Positions 10,360 to 17,301 of a stretch of 41,085 nucleotides of DNA are shown here, piece by piece (position 1 is the first letter of the stretch; every line of letters begins with the position of its first letter). The notes under the pieces are model-generated. The model was not told the DNA's origin. It saw nothing but the letters and a program-made list of their open reading frames with translations, and made no database searches. The DNA is from a virus, in IMG/VR virus record IMGVR_UViG_3300019468_000025, positions 1 to 41,085 of that record; one strand, 5' to 3'. A program made the position numbers and the translations under genes.

Positions 10360-10680
10360 ATGGATTTTGTAAAGAGAATCAACGAGACACTACACACTGG
10401 CGATGACTGGGGCCGAGTATACAATATCAAAGGTGATATACCACTAGAGAATGCTCATGGTGTGTGTAAGCTACGCACTGTTAGTGATAAGCTTATACTA
10501 GAGGCTGATTGCACATTAGAGGGTAATCGTCTCACCGTGTGGATAAGGGGTAATAAGAGCCTACAAATCAAGCGTAGCTTACTTAGGTGTAAGTATGATG
10601 TATTCATTATCACACCTAGCCAGACTATCAAGCTAGTTATGGGCACTATGACTATAGTCCATGATGTGAGTATGCACTAA
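10360..10680 (+). CDS. Hypothetical protein (possible fiber assembly or accessory)
   Basis: An in-frame ATG after the fiber stop with an AGGTGA ribosome-binding site. The track ORF 10327 starts inside the upstream gene. Confidence 0.35.
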   Translation: MDFVKRINETLHTGDDWGRVYNIKGDIPLENAHGVCKLRTVSDKLILEADCTLEGNRLTVWIRGNKSLQIKRSLLRCKYDVFIITPSQTIKLVMGTMTIVHDVSMH

Positions 10681-10692
10681 GGAGGTGAAGAA

Positions 10693-11133
10693 ATGTCACT
10701 AGAGGTAGAATCTATTACACCGGTCAAACAGGCAGAGGTAGACGTAAGTATACCGGGGCCTAAAGGTGACCCAGGTGAAAGAGGTGAACCCGGTCCTATT
10801 GGACCACCTGGTCCGCCAGGAAAACCTTTCACATTTAGTGATTTTACGCAAGAGCAGCTAGAATCACTACGAGGGCCAAAAGGTGAAAGAGGTGAACCTG
10901 GGCCCAAGGGTGAGCCAGGTAATCCTGGTAAAGATGGTGAAAGAGGTGAACAAGGTCCTCCGGGTCCTAAGGGCGAACCATTACGCTTTGAGGATTTAAC
11001 CGAAAGCCAAAAGCAACAACTCAAAGGGCAAAAGGGTGACCCTGGCCCATCACCTGATACGAGTGAGTTCTTAGTAAAAGATGAGCTCGAACAGATTATT
11101 ATTAAACTAAGAGAAATCAACGGAGGTAACTAA
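10693..11133 (+). CDS. Collagen-like (Gly-X-Y) repeat protein
   Basis: Two runs of [24 protein letters not shown]-type triplets and a strong ribosome-binding site (AAGGAGGTGA). Confidence 0.75.
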   Translation: MSLEVESITPVKQAEVDVSIPGPKGDPGERGEPGPIGPPGPPGKPFTFSDFTQEQLESLRGPKGERGEPGPKGEPGNPGKDGERGEQGPPGPKGEPLRFEDLTESQKQQLKGQKGDPGPSPDTSEFLVKDELEQIIIKLREINGGN

Positions 11134-11134
11134 C

Positions 11135-11836
11135 ATGGCTAGACCGAAACAAGCAATTATTAGCGATTTAATGGGTGAGTTAGATAAATTTGGTGGACAC
11201 ATTACACAAATTAGAGACGCTATCCAATCTAAGGGCGTCTCTTCTGAGGGTAAACTCTTTAAGTTTGCTGATGAAATCAACAGTATTGACCCAGCTAGTA
11301 ACTATGCATATGTGTTAGACGCTGTGAAGCGTGCTAATGCCAAGGGGTACTCTGATACAGAGGTAGTAGAGACCCTTAATAACTTACAGGACAAACATCA
11401 ACCGCCTAAACCTGAACCACAACCAGACCCAAGCTTTGACCCAGCTACTGCAACTGAAATTCCAGCTAGACAGTTCTATAACCGCAGTGACTTAGAGGGT
11501 GAACTTACATGCCCTAATGTAGTTAAAGTAGGCGCCGAAGCTTTTGTAGGCTGTGAATACTCCGTGGTGAAATTACCAAAAGCCAATGATATTGACCCAA
11601 CCGCATTTAAAATTTCTGAAATCAAGGTATTAGAAATCCCAGCCTTTGTTTGGAAAGATAATAACTTAAATCTTCGAGATAAGTTCTCTAATAAATACGG
11701 TCCTAATAAAATTATTGTAGCAGATGAGTCTGTTCCACCTAGTGATATTAGTTTTAATAATGTAAGTTTAGAAGTTTATAATCACGACTCCACTAAAAAA
11801 TGGGATATCTATAGTAACGTGTGGAAAGCTGTTTAA
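11135..11836 (+). CDS. LRR_5 (BspA-type) leucine-rich-repeat protein
   Basis: It contains VVKVGAEAFVGCEYSVVKLP- and IKVLEIPAF-type repeats, and its N-terminus is proline-rich. Confidence 0.4.
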   Translation: MARPKQAIISDLMGELDKFGGHITQIRDAIQSKGVSSEGKLFKFADEINSIDPASNYAYVLDAVKRANAKGYSDTEVVETLNNLQDKHQPPKPEPQPDPSFDPATATEIPARQFYNRSDLEGELTCPNVVKVGAEAFVGCEYSVVKLPKANDIDPTAFKISEIKVLEIPAFVWKDNNLNLRDKFSNKYGPNKIIVADESVPPSDISFNNVSLEVYNHDSTKKWDIYSNVWKAV

Positions 11837-11855
11837 TACTTTGGGGGAGTAAATA

Positions 11856-12386
11856 ATGAATGAGCTAATACACTTTACTAGTGAAGCATGGAGGACTCTT
11901 ACTGAGTCCTTTGTGCTAAAAACTCTCTTGGCTATCATTGCCGAGGTAGCTATCTATATGCTTGGGTTAAAGCATGTCCAGGTACTAGGTATCTTTATAT
12001 TATTGGTATTCCTAGACCTAATCACAAAATGGGCCGCTATTGGCTACCAGATGCTACTAGACCTAGGTGCAAACCCTGATACACTAAGCGGCTCAGATAA
12101 GTACCTAGCTATACCAGCCGCATGGGGTAAAGGGCTAATTAATTCTAAGCATATGAGAAAGCCTTTTGTTACTAAGGTACTTACCTATTGCCTAGCTACT
12201 GGTGCTGCTTGGTGTTTTGACTTCATGGCCGGTAATTATGCTTTTGCTGTAAACCTTACATGGCTATACCTTGGGTCTGTGGAGTTCCTGTCTATCATGG
12301 AGAATATGCGTGATGGAGGTAATACCACTATAGCTGGCTTATTAGAGCTAGTTCAAGCTAAGATTGACGGTATTTTAAAGAAATGA
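11856..12386 (+). CDS. Holin
   Basis: A 176-aa ORF with several predicted transmembrane segments, immediately upstream of the endolysin. Confidence 0.5.
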   Translation: MNELIHFTSEAWRTLTESFVLKTLLAIIAEVAIYMLGLKHVQVLGIFILLVFLDLITKWAAIGYQMLLDLGANPDTLSGSDKYLAIPAAWGKGLINSKHMRKPFVTKVLTYCLATGAAWCFDFMAGNYAFAVNLTWLYLGSVEFLSIMENMRDGGNTTIAGLLELVQAKIDGILKK

Positions 12387-12394
12387 GGTAAAAG

Positions 12395-12799
12395 ATGAAA
12401 ATTGGTACTTACTTTGATGATTATGAGTTCTCTTGTAGTTGTTATAGGCATGAGCAAGACGGACAAGGTCATAATGTGTTAGACCACATTATTGATAAGC
12501 GATTGGTGGACTTACTAGACGCTATTCGTGAACGTATTGGCCAACCAATCACAATCAATAGTGGCTATCGTTGTGAGCCTCACAATGAGGAAGTTGGTGG
12601 TGTATCTAACTCCCAACACTGCCTAGGTACAGCCGCAGACATCACATATGATGGTGTTGATGTGGACTACCTAGCACAAGTAGCTGAGGAATGTGGTAGT
12701 GAGCTTGGTATCGAGGGTGGTATTGGCCGATACTATCACCAGGACTTTGTCCATGTTGATGTGAGAGGCTACGAAGCTCGCTGGGACGATTTAGACTAA
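12395..12799 (+). CDS. Endolysin, peptidase M15 (zinc D-Ala-D-Ala carboxypeptidase-like)
   Basis: It carries the SGYRCxxHN...H.xGxAADI...HVD zinc-binding motif pattern. Confidence 0.8.
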   Translation: MKIGTYFDDYEFSCSCYRHEQDGQGHNVLDHIIDKRLVDLLDAIRERIGQPITINSGYRCEPHNEEVGGVSNSQHCLGTAADITYDGVDVDYLAQVAEECGSELGIEGGIGRYYHQDFVHVDVRGYEARWDDLD

Positions 12800-12809
12800 G
12801 AGGTGTGTA

Positions 12810-13259
12810 ATGTATGAAAACTACATCAAGAAGATTAAATCTACGCTTACTACTAAGCGCCTTATTGCTGGTGCTCTTTGTGTGTTGCTCCTCATTGGTA
12901 TTGGCCAACTCGTCAGAGGTTACCTCACAGCCAGAGCCAACTATAACCGTGCCATTGAGCACTTGGAACGAGCTCAAAGAGAACTCGAAAGAAGCAAGCA
13001 ACTTAATCGAGAGCTCCAGCAAATCATTGAGCGAAGCACAATCCTCAATGACGAAGCAGGGAACAGCATTAACAGAATTGAAGATTATCAACGAAGAACG
13101 GAGCAAGGAATTAGCCGAGCTCAAAGCTATCAACGAGAAGCAAGCGAACGAGTTGAAGAAGGCCTCCATGACGCTCAAAGAGCAAGAGAGCTCATTGAAC
13201 GAAACCTCCAACTCATTGATAGAGTTGAAAGAAGAAATCAAGAAGAGCAAAGCCACTGA
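12810..13259 (+). CDS. Alternative overlapping frame (frame A): N-terminal transmembrane domain plus coiled coil, i-spanin-like architecture
   Basis: It is offset by +1 from frame B. The N-terminal transmembrane segment (LIAGALCVLLLIGIGQLV) shows the T-rich third-position codon bias of the rest of the genome, but the ribosome-binding-site spacing is only 4 nt. Only one of the two frames may be real. Confidence 0.3.
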   Translation: MYENYIKKIKSTLTTKRLIAGALCVLLLIGIGQLVRGYLTARANYNRAIEHLERAQRELERSKQLNRELQQIIERSTILNDEAGNSINRIEDYQRRTEQGISRAQSYQREASERVEEGLHDAQRARELIERNLQLIDRVERRNQEEQSH

Positions 13260-13335
13260 GCAGCGGCTACGGAGACAGCGCAATACTTGGTCCTATCTTA
13301 CTGGTATAACTGTGATTGCGGCAGCAATTAAATAA
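12814..13335 (+). CDS. Membrane-anchored coiled-coil protein (frame B): signal-like N-terminus and C-terminal transmembrane anchor
   Basis: An AGGTG ribosome-binding site lies 8 nt upstream. The N-terminus reads MKTTSRRLNLRLLLSALLLVLFVCCSS, followed by an E/K heptad coiled coil, and the C-terminus (RLRRQRNTWSYLTGITVIAAAIK) looks like a tail anchor. The stop lies about 55 nt before a terminator. Confidence 0.35.
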   Translation: MKTTSRRLNLRLLLSALLLVLFVCCSSLVLANSSEVTSQPEPTITVPLSTWNELKENSKEASNLIESSSKSLSEAQSSMTKQGTALTELKIINEERSKELAELKAINEKQANELKKASMTLKEQESSLNETSNSLIELKEEIKKSKATEQRLRRQRNTWSYLTGITVIAAAIK

Positions 13336-13389
13336 TGTGGAGGTGGTCCACCCATATCTCCAGAGTGTAGTCTGGCGGAACTACACATA

Positions 13390-13423
13390 CCCACTGGCTT
13401 TATAGCTGGTGGGTAATTTTTTT
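13390..13423 (+). terminator. Rho-independent terminator after the lysis module
   Basis: A stem cccactggc/gctggtggg (with G-U pairs) followed by TTTTTTT. A second hairpin (gtgtagt...actacac) precedes it at 13365-13386. Confidence 0.55.
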
Positions 13424-13426
13424 AGA

Positions 13427-13462
13427 TTGACTATTTACAATCTCTAAGATATCTGATAATAA
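13427..13462 (+). promoter_or_regulatory. Early promoter P1 (cTATTTACA-17-TGaTAATAA)
   Basis: A -35 TTTACA at 13434-13439 and a TGn-extended -10 at 13454-13462. Confidence 0.45.
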
Positions 13463-13507
13463 TGTAAGTAATGAATGATAATAATTTCTTTATAGGAGGA
13501 GAAAACA

Positions 13508-13687
13508 ATGAAGAAATTTAAAAACAATGCTTTAAAAGAAGTGCTCATGCGTACGTACTGGGGTAAGATTGGGGAAGTATTAAGAACTGATACTGAATGG
13601 GGTATCAGTGAAGAAGACCTATATGAGAAAGCTATCAATATAGCTAACAGACATCAAACAGAAGCTCTCACAAGAAGAATGAAATAG
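13508..13687 (+). CDS. Small early protein (59 aa), not in the ORF track
   Basis: A GGAGGAG ribosome-binding site precedes it. The protein reads MKKFKNNALKEVLMRTYWGKIGEVLRTDTEWGISEEDLYEKAINIANRHQTEALTRRMK, and the stop is a TAG at 13685-13687. Confidence 0.5.
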   Translation: MKKFKNNALKEVLMRTYWGKIGEVLRTDTEWGISEEDLYEKAINIANRHQTEALTRRMK

Positions 13688-13695
13688 TAAACTAA

Positions 13696-13728
13696 GCAAG
13701 CTTAGGGGATAACCTTCTAAGCTTGCTA
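13696..13728 (+). terminator. Intercistronic hairpin (10-bp perfect stem)
   Basis: Stem gcaagcttag/ctaagcttgc with an 11-nt loop. There is no clear U-tract, so this could be an attenuator or an RNA-processing site. Confidence 0.35.
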
Positions 13729-13754
13729 ATTAATATAAACCGGAGGTAAATACT

Positions 13755-13985
13755 ATGTTCATCAATAGACTATTCAACCAAGCACTAGACTTTACATACA
13801 GACAACTAAGACATGAGTGCGGTCCTATATCAGCTCATTTTGACGGCCACAGCAACTCTAGCTTATATGTGATACATAACCATTACACAAACGAGAAAGC
13901 CGTCTTACGCCGTCAATTTGGCATACCGGGCTCACATCGCCATGTGTTTGGTGAGATACGTAGCAATATTTGGAAAAGATTTTAG
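13755..13985 (+). CDS. Hypothetical early protein (76 aa)
   Basis: A GGAGG ribosome-binding site at the right spacing. Confidence 0.5.
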   Translation: MFINRLFNQALDFTYRQLRHECGPISAHFDGHSNSSLYVIHNHYTNEKAVLRRQFGIPGSHRHVFGEIRSNIWKRF

Positions 13986-13994
13986 AGATTGCTA

Positions 13995-14023
13995 TTTACA
14001 ATTTTCAAGATTTATGGTATAAT
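13995..14023 (+). promoter_or_regulatory. Early promoter P2 (TTTACA-17-TGgTATAAT)
   Basis: A -35 at 13995-14000 and a consensus -10 at 14018-14023 with a TG extension. Confidence 0.65.
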
Positions 14024-14067
14024 GTAATTAATCTAATAAATATGTATTTGATGAAGAGGAGACAATT

Positions 14068-14298
14068 ATGAAAAAGTTCATCAATCAAAAATTCATTAAA
14101 GCTATTAGTGTTGCTGATGACCATATCTGGGTAGAATACCTAGAACAGTATAATGTTGAATTTGAGGAGGTAGACCTAATTTCACAGTATCACTGGGATA
14201 GGAAGGCATGCCGTGAAGCTAAAGCTAATACTCATAAGGTACTACTACGTAGAACACCGGCCACTACCGTACCAACAGGGTATCTTCCATTAATCTAA
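14068..14298 (+). CDS. Hypothetical early protein (76 aa)
   Basis: A GAGGAG ribosome-binding site. Confidence 0.5.
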   Translation: MKKFINQKFIKAISVADDHIWVEYLEQYNVEFEEVDLISQYHWDRKACREAKANTHKVLLRRTPATTVPTGYLPLI

Positions 14299-14307
14299 AG
14301 TTTTCTA

Positions 14308-14336
14308 TTTACATTCTTCTTGATATGTGATATATT
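14308..14336 (+). promoter_or_regulatory. Early promoter P3 (TTTACA-17-TGaTATATT)
   Basis: The -10 is overlapped by a 14-bp perfect inverted repeat at 14322-14359. Confidence 0.5.
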
Positions 14337-14383
14337 ATAAATAAGATATATCACATATCTGGAAGAAATAAATAAGATTACTA

Positions 14384-14412
14384 TTGACACCATCCAAGAT
14401 ATATGATATACT
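14384..14412 (+). promoter_or_regulatory. Early promoter P4 (TTGACA-17-TGaTATACT)
   Basis: A consensus -35 and a TG-extended -10. Confidence 0.55.
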
Positions 14413-14452
14413 ATAATTAATCTAATACTTATATATTCTCAAAGAGGAGACA

Positions 14453-14893
14453 ATGAAAATGAGAAATCTAAAAGCAGAAGAAAAACAATTACTTATCAAC
14501 TTATTCCAATCCGTAGAAGCTGACATGACGCCGGAAGAAAAAGCTAAACATATCTGGCCAGAAGCTCTTAAACAATGCAAAGGTCTCATGTACGCAACTA
14601 AGAAGCAATCCATTGCTTTCCTTGTTGACTGGGCTGACCAACCAGTTGACGAAGTAGAAGAAGCTGTGGAAGACCTTGAAGTACAACTCACAGCAACAGT
14701 AGAACCAGCTACCTCCAACGATAAGGAAGAAGCCATGTTCACTGTGAAAGACCTTGCTGATGAGCTAGGCCTCACACCATACAAAGCACGTGTAGCACTA
14801 CGCAAAGCATTTGGTAAAGCTAAAGGTAGATGGCAATGGTCCACAGAGGAAGCCTACCAAGAAGCAGTAGATGCAATCGGAGGTAACAAATAA
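14453..14893 (+). CDS. Early protein with a C-terminal HTH_17 (AlpA/excisionase-like) DNA-binding motif
   Basis: The C-terminus reads FTVKDLADELGLTPYKARVALRKAFGKAKGRWQWSTEE, and a strong GAGGAG ribosome-binding site precedes the gene. Confidence 0.5.
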   Translation: MKMRNLKAEEKQLLINLFQSVEADMTPEEKAKHIWPEALKQCKGLMYATKKQSIAFLVDWADQPVDEVEEAVEDLEVQLTATVEPATSNDKEEAMFTVKDLADELGLTPYKARVALRKAFGKAKGRWQWSTEEAYQEAVDAIGGNK

Positions 14894-15189
14894 TGTGGAA
14901 ATCTTTTCTAATCGGTTTAATCATAGTGGTAGTGGGCTCTACTACCACTTACATACTCAAACCACGATACAACACTTTACCCGTACAGCACGTAGTGACA
15001 GTACACCAAGGTGATACTTTGCATAGCCTAATCTATAAGCACTATGATGACATCATAGACAAGAGCATTACCATAGACCAAGTAGATTTAATAGACTCAA
15101 CCGTAGTGACGATGAGAGAGAATAATATCACATCATATCTACAACCGGGTCAACGTATTAAAATCTACATCACATATCGCACTAACTAA
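14893..15189 (+). CDS. Membrane-anchored LysM-domain protein
   Basis: An N-terminal transmembrane segment (LIGLIIVVVGSTTTYIL) and a LysM-like core (VHQGDTLHSLIYKHY...LQPGQRIKIYI). Confidence 0.5.
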   Translation: MWKSFLIGLIIVVVGSTTTYILKPRYNTLPVQHVVTVHQGDTLHSLIYKHYDDIIDKSITIDQVDLIDSTVVTMRENNITSYLQPGQRIKIYITYRTN

Positions 15190-15200
15190 CCTATAGAAAT

Positions 15201-15236
15201 ACCCACATCATGTATTATGTGATGTGGGTTTTCTTT
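15201..15236. terminator. Bidirectional rho-independent terminator between convergent operons
   Basis: A 10-bp perfect stem acccacatca/tgatgtgggt flanked by T-rich sequence on both strands. Confidence 0.65.
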
Positions 15237-16636
15237 TAGCCAGCTAGTATCTCTCGTAGGTCATCTATCGTATAATCAGCGATGTCTTTCTTATCGAGTA
15301 TCGACTGCCAGAACAGCTCATCTACGGTGTCCTCTGCGATGAGGTATATGTATTTGATCAATCGGGACTGTTGGCCAATACGGTTGATACGGTCACAAGC
15401 CTGTGTGTGGTCTGTGTATGAACGGCCGAGTGAGTAGAAAATCATCGTATGAGCGGCTGTAAGGGTGATTCCTACCCCTCCTGTACTAATTTGTATTACG
15501 ATAACACGGGGCTCCTCTCTCGACTGAAATTGGCTAATGATTTTGCCCCTTATTTTTTTGCTGGTAGCACCTGTGATACACAGGGTCTCTATGCCTACGT
15601 CTTCAAGGGCATCTACGATACCATGAATTTCAGGTATATACTGGGCAAAGATAACTAGCTTCTCTTCACTGTCTTTGACATACTCAACAAGGGCATTGAG
15701 CTTAGCCTTGCTCACCAGGGTAACCTCTCTACCGTTATCACCCTCGGTGGTGAGATAGCCCCCAGCGATTTGGTGACATCGCATACCAACAAGAGCTGGT
15801 ATCGGAGCTGTACTGAACTTACCATCCATTTGTACAATGGCTTCTTTGGCCATCTTCTCATATATCTTACGTGCCTTAGGCTCTAGGGTTACATAGATAT
15901 TCTGACGTACTATTTCTGGTGGTGGTAACTCTTTGACGTCCTTCTTTAACTTCCGGTAAGCATATTTATACACAATGCCCATGAGGTGGTCTAGGTCCTT
16001 ATATTTGCGTGGCCTATTCCACATATCAAGCACAGCATATCTCTCACGGAAGGACTTATAAGTGCAATCAAAGATAGAGCTATCTAGGAAGTTGATTTGT
16101 GAATACAAATCTAATGGATATTTTGTGACCGGTGTGCCGGTTAGAATCGCTTTGAATGGTATACCCTTACCGATACGAGAAGCTGCCTTTGTGGCGTGTG
16201 TATTCCAATTTTTTATCTTGTGTGACTCATCACACACCATAATGTCCGCCTTGTACTTCATCAATCGCACCGATGGCTCCCAGCGTTTATTCTTCTTTTT
16301 GGAGAACTCCCATAGCTTTTCATAATTGACGATGACTATTTCTAGGCAGTTCTTAGGTGATGTACCTAGCTTGTCTAGCTCAACTACATTGTATGGGAAA
16401 GCAGCATGCTCTTTGAGCTGCCTCTCCCAATCATACACCACAGAGAGCGGGCATACTACGATAGCACGGCGAGCGTTATCGTGGTAGAACCGGTAACCCA
16501 TCATGGCTATAGTGGGCAATGTCTTACCGGTACCAGGCTCCATAAACAAAGCAAAGCTAGGTAAATGAATACCTAGCTCATATGCTTCTTTTTGATGTTC
16601 GAGGAATTGCGTCTTTATGATACGTTTTAGCTCCAT
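15236..16636 (-). CDS. SNF2-family helicase
   Basis: Walker A GTGKT, a DESH box, LTGTP, and helicase-C motif VI QACDRINRIGQ. Confidence 0.85.
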   Translation of the reverse strand: MELKRIIKTQFLEHQKEAYELGIHLPSFALFMEPGTGKTLPTIAMMGYRFYHDNARRAIVVCPLSVVYDWERQLKEHAAFPYNVVELDKLGTSPKNCLEIVIVNYEKLWEFSKKKNKRWEPSVRLMKYKADIMVCDESHKIKNWNTHATKAASRIGKGIPFKAILTGTPVTKYPLDLYSQINFLDSSIFDCTYKSFRERYAVLDMWNRPRKYKDLDHLMGIVYKYAYRKLKKDVKELPPPEIVRQNIYVTLEPKARKIYEKMAKEAIVQMDGKFSTAPIPALVGMRCHQIAGGYLTTEGDNGREVTLVSKAKLNALVEYVKDSEEKLVIFAQYIPEIHGIVDALEDVGIETLCITGATSKKIRGKIISQFQSREEPRVIVIQISTGGVGITLTAAHTMIFYSLGRSYTDHTQACDRINRIGQQSRLIKYIYLIAEDTVDELFWQSILDKKDIADYTIDDLREILAG

Positions 16637-17301
16637 GATTGGACTACTCCCATGATATCAGCAATTTCATCCTCACCTTCCCAGCTCCAAGAGCCTTTGT
16701 GATTAGGGTAGAGCTTACGGAGTTGACGGCGGATAACCTTGGCCTCTATACCTAGTTGGTCAGCTAGCTCAGCCAGTGTTAGCTTGTCACCATTACTAGC
16801 AGACTTCTTTTTAGTTTTCTTAGGCTCTGATGCGGTTACATCATCAGCCTTAACCTCTTTTGGCACTATAATCACACGTTTATCTCTTCTGTGAATAGGT
16901 GCTAAGTTTTGGTCTGGTTTATTAGCCGGGTCACGTAGCTCAGCTTCTAATTTAGCTATTGTATCATCAATAAGCTTAGACCGTTCTTCTGCGGAGAGAG
17001 CTCGTTCTTTAATGTGTTTCTTTACCAAAGCTACTGCCTCCTCTGGTGATTCTACAACAGCGGCCATGCCGCCAGAGTCATGAATTTGTTTAATATTATA
17101 TAGTTGATAGTCTGAGGCACCATATTGGCTGGAATCACATTTTACCTCTAAGGCGAAGAATAACCCAGCCACACAACCGAGCAAGTCCGGTATACCTTTT
17201 GTCTGGAATTGAGAGCCATGAATCTTCATCCAGTGGCCCCCAACTTCACGACTTAGTGCCTCAACTATCTTACGTTGTAAGGTAGTTTCTGGCTTTTTCA
17301 T
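16627..17301 (-). CDS. VRR-NUC nuclease fused to a C-terminal HTH_17-like domain
   Basis: The VRR-NUC core reads GIPDLLGC...ALEVKC. The C-terminus reads LTLAELADQLGIEAKVIRRQLRKL...KGSWSWEGED. Confidence 0.55.
   Translation of the reverse strand: MKKPETTLQRKIVEALSREVGGHWMKIHGSQFQTKGIPDLLGCVAGLFFALEVKCDSSQYGASDYQLYNIKQIHDSGGMAAVVESPEEAVALVKKHIKERALSAEERSKLIDDTIAKLEAELRDPANKPDQNLAPIHRRDKRVIIVPKEVKADDVTASEPKKTKKKSASNGDKLTLAELADQLGIEAKVIRRQLRKLYPNHKGSWSWEGEDEIADIMGVVQSWS

Noticed and set aside
10677-11120. A 147-aa minus-strand ORF antisense to the collagen-like gene
   Set aside because: It is a mirror artefact of the Gly-X-Y repeats: Pro/Gly/Ser-rich and without a ribosome-binding site. The plus-strand collagen ORF has a strong ribosome-binding site.
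12642-13283. A 213-aa minus-strand ORF across the endolysin 3' end and the coiled-coil region
   Set aside because: It overlaps well-supported plus-strand genes and its composition is driven by the GAA/AAG-rich sequence.
13340-13430. A tRNA or other structured RNA at the hairpin cluster after the lysis genes
   Set aside because: There is no cloverleaf or T-arm signature. The hairpins followed by a T-run are better explained as tandem terminators.
14422-14844. A 140-aa minus-strand ORF
   Set aside because: It is antisense to 14453..14893, which has promoter P4, a strong ribosome-binding site and a recognisable HTH_17 motif.
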